Assembly: GCA_022813865.1 (NCBI GenBank)
Contig: JALDZX010000014.1
Span: 434,001 to 456,519, forward strand
Reading direction: 5' to 3'
DNA length: 22,519 nt
Source of the DNA: Xylographa opegraphella
Lineage: Eukaryota
The translations under genes were made by a program, and so were the position numbers. A model generated the notes under the pieces. That model had not been told where the DNA came from, did no database searches, and saw nothing but the letters and a program-made list of their open reading frames with translations. This document shows, one piece after another, positions 21,287 through 22,519 of this stretch. How positions within the stretch are numbered: position 1 is the stretch's first letter; the number at the start of each line of letters is the position of its first letter.

Positions 21287-22267
21287 ATGTCGACAACAAT
21301 CACGGTTTCCAAAACCATCCCCTTTATCCTCCATGCCACCTCTCATGCAGCCCCACGTGGTAAACCACATACTTTGCGTCGGCGGACACCTCATGCAATT
21401 CTCGCCTACCATTTCCGTACCCTTTACCTCTTCATGGCATCGGACCTCAAAACACTCCTCCTGCCAAACCTCGTCTTCGGCGTCCTTGGCTCCATCTCCC
21501 CGGCCATTGTCCCTTCGACCGGCACCTTCTCCTCTACGAGCATACCCCTTCGCGCCATCCGCGTCGCTCTTTGGATCACCATCAACCTTCTCCCCTTCAC
21601 CATTGCCAACCAGCGCCTCCCACACGCCATTCGCGAGGATGCCATCAACAAACCGTGGCGGCCCTTGCCCGCGCGTCGCCTGTCGCCGGCTCAAGCTCGC
21701 GAGCTTATGCTGACAGGCTACGTCGTCGCTGGCGCTGTGAGCTCCGTCCTCGGCGGTATGCGCTCCTGCCTCGCCGTCGCGGCCCTGGCCTACTGCTACA
21801 ACAGCCTCGGTGGCTCCGACGCCTCCGGTGCCGTGCGCAACCTCATGAATGTTTCCTTTTACGTGTGCGCCATGATTGGGACTATAGAGGTCGCCGCGGG
21901 TGGTCAGAACATTGCGTTCTCCAGTACCGCTTGGGCGTGGTTCGCGATCATCGGCGGTGTGGTCTTGACGACGGTGCACGTCCAAGATATACCCGACCAG
22001 GAAGGGGATGCAGCGAGGGGGCGAAGAACAATCCCGCTCGAGGTCGGAGACCGAATGGCGCGGTGGAGCGTGGCGGTGCTGGATCTGGTGTGGAGCATTG
22101 CGGCGCCGATGTTCTGGCACAAGGGAGCGGCGGGCTTTATCTTGCCAGTGGGACTGGCCGGCGTCGTTGCAGTCAGACTGTTCAGGAGCAAAAGTGTACA
22201 GGAGGACAAGGTCACGTTGATGGTTTGGAGTCTCTGGATGCTTTCGCTGTATTTGCTGCCGTTGTAG
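21287..22267 (+). CDS. UbiA-superfamily membrane terpene cyclase/prenyltransferase (Fma-TC-like), about 326 aa, single exon
   Basis: Start context caccATG. Motifs: TLYLFMASDLKTLLLP, first metal-binding region NQRLPHAIREDAINKPWRPLPARRLS, YCYNSLGGSD...RNLMN, second region TTVHVQDIPDQEGDAARGRRTIPL (QDxxDxxGD). Multiple transmembrane-like segments. Confidence 0.88.
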   Translation: MSTTITVSKTIPFILHATSHAAPRGKPHTLRRRTPHAILAYHFRTLYLFMASDLKTLLLPNLVFGVLGSISPAIVPSTGTFSSTSIPLRAIRVALWITINLLPFTIANQRLPHAIREDAINKPWRPLPARRLSPAQARELMLTGYVVAGAVSSVLGGMRSCLAVAALAYCYNSLGGSDASGAVRNLMNVSFYVCAMIGTIEVAAGGQNIAFSSTAWAWFAIIGGVVLTTVHVQDIPDQEGDAARGRRTIPLEVGDRMARWSVAVLDLVWSIAAPMFWHKGAAGFILPVGLAGVVAVRLFRSKSVQEDKVTLMVWSLWMLSLYLLPL

Positions 22268-22359
22268 ACATGATATCCACATAGAAACGTGATGTTCAGT
22301 TATAGACATGATATCCAGTTATAAACATGATATTCTGTTATAGACATGAGATTCAGTTA
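22265..22359. repeat. Minisatellite: 5 tandem copies of a 19-bp unit, consensus TAGACATGATATTCAGTTA
   Basis: Units: TAGACATGATATCCACATA (22265), GAAACGTGATGTTCAGTTA (22284), TAGACATGATATCCAGTTA (22303), TAAACATGATATTCTGTTA (22322), TAGACATGAGATTCAGTTA (22341). They are contiguous with no spacers. Confidence 0.9.
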
Positions 22360-22480
22360 CACTGATTTAAATTTCAATACTTGATTCAGTGATTGCATAC
22401 AGAACTATAAAATATATGAAATTGATACGAGCTGCTATATACGCAATATTATCAGCAAAAAGGAAAAACGAAAATTCGAT

Positions 22481-22519
22481 CAAAAAGTATACTTTTTGCG
22501 CAAAAAGCAGATCTGCAGA
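22481..22519. repeat. Chain of overlapping perfect palindromes
   Basis: CAAAAAGTATACTTTTTG (22481-22498), CTTTTTGCGCAAAAAG (22492-22507), GCAGATCTGC (22507-22516) and TCTGCAGA (22512-22519) each equal their own reverse complement. Confidence 0.85.

Noticed and set aside
4919..22267. P450 and terpene cyclase as one biosynthetic cluster
   Set aside because: They are separated by about 14 kb that includes housekeeping genes (VMA2, DUF726, AAA ATPase); nothing in the sequence links them.
21203..22309. 368-aa antisense ORF and 237-aa alternate-frame ORF (21571-22284) over the UbiA gene
   Set aside because: No recognisable motifs; long shadow ORFs are expected over a GC-rich coding sequence.
22265..22359. 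CRISPR-like array
   Set aside because: The units are contiguous with no unique spacers, there are no cas genes, and the context is eukaryotic.

Overview
Eukaryotic genomic DNA from a filamentous ascomycete (Pezizomycotina-like): short 46-64 nt GT..AG introns, mostly with CTRAY-like branch sites. Eight protein-coding genes were reconstructed by hand. (1) A minus-strand fungal NLR with HeLo-like N-terminus, NB-ARC and TPR repeats (5 exons). (2) A CYP52-clan cytochrome P450 (7 exons). (3) A Lag1/Lac1-family ceramide synthase (4 exons). (4) V-ATPase subunit B (9 exons). (5) A DUF726/TMCO4-like protein. (6) A large, probably mitochondrial Msp1/spastin-clade AAA ATPase. (7) A DUF4050/Gag1-like clamp protein on the minus strand. 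(8) An intronless UbiA-type terpene cyclase/prenyltransferase resembling Fma-TC. The window ends in a 5x19-bp minisatellite starting on the last gene's stop codon, then an AT-rich tail with overlapping palindromes. The layout is a housekeeping core (9.4-19.7 kb) flanked by accessory-looking genes. The best leads are the P450 + ceramide synthase pair, the stand-alone terpene cyclase at a repeat boundary, and the NLR. No novel system is demonstrated by sequence alone. Family assignments come from motif recognition, not database searches.
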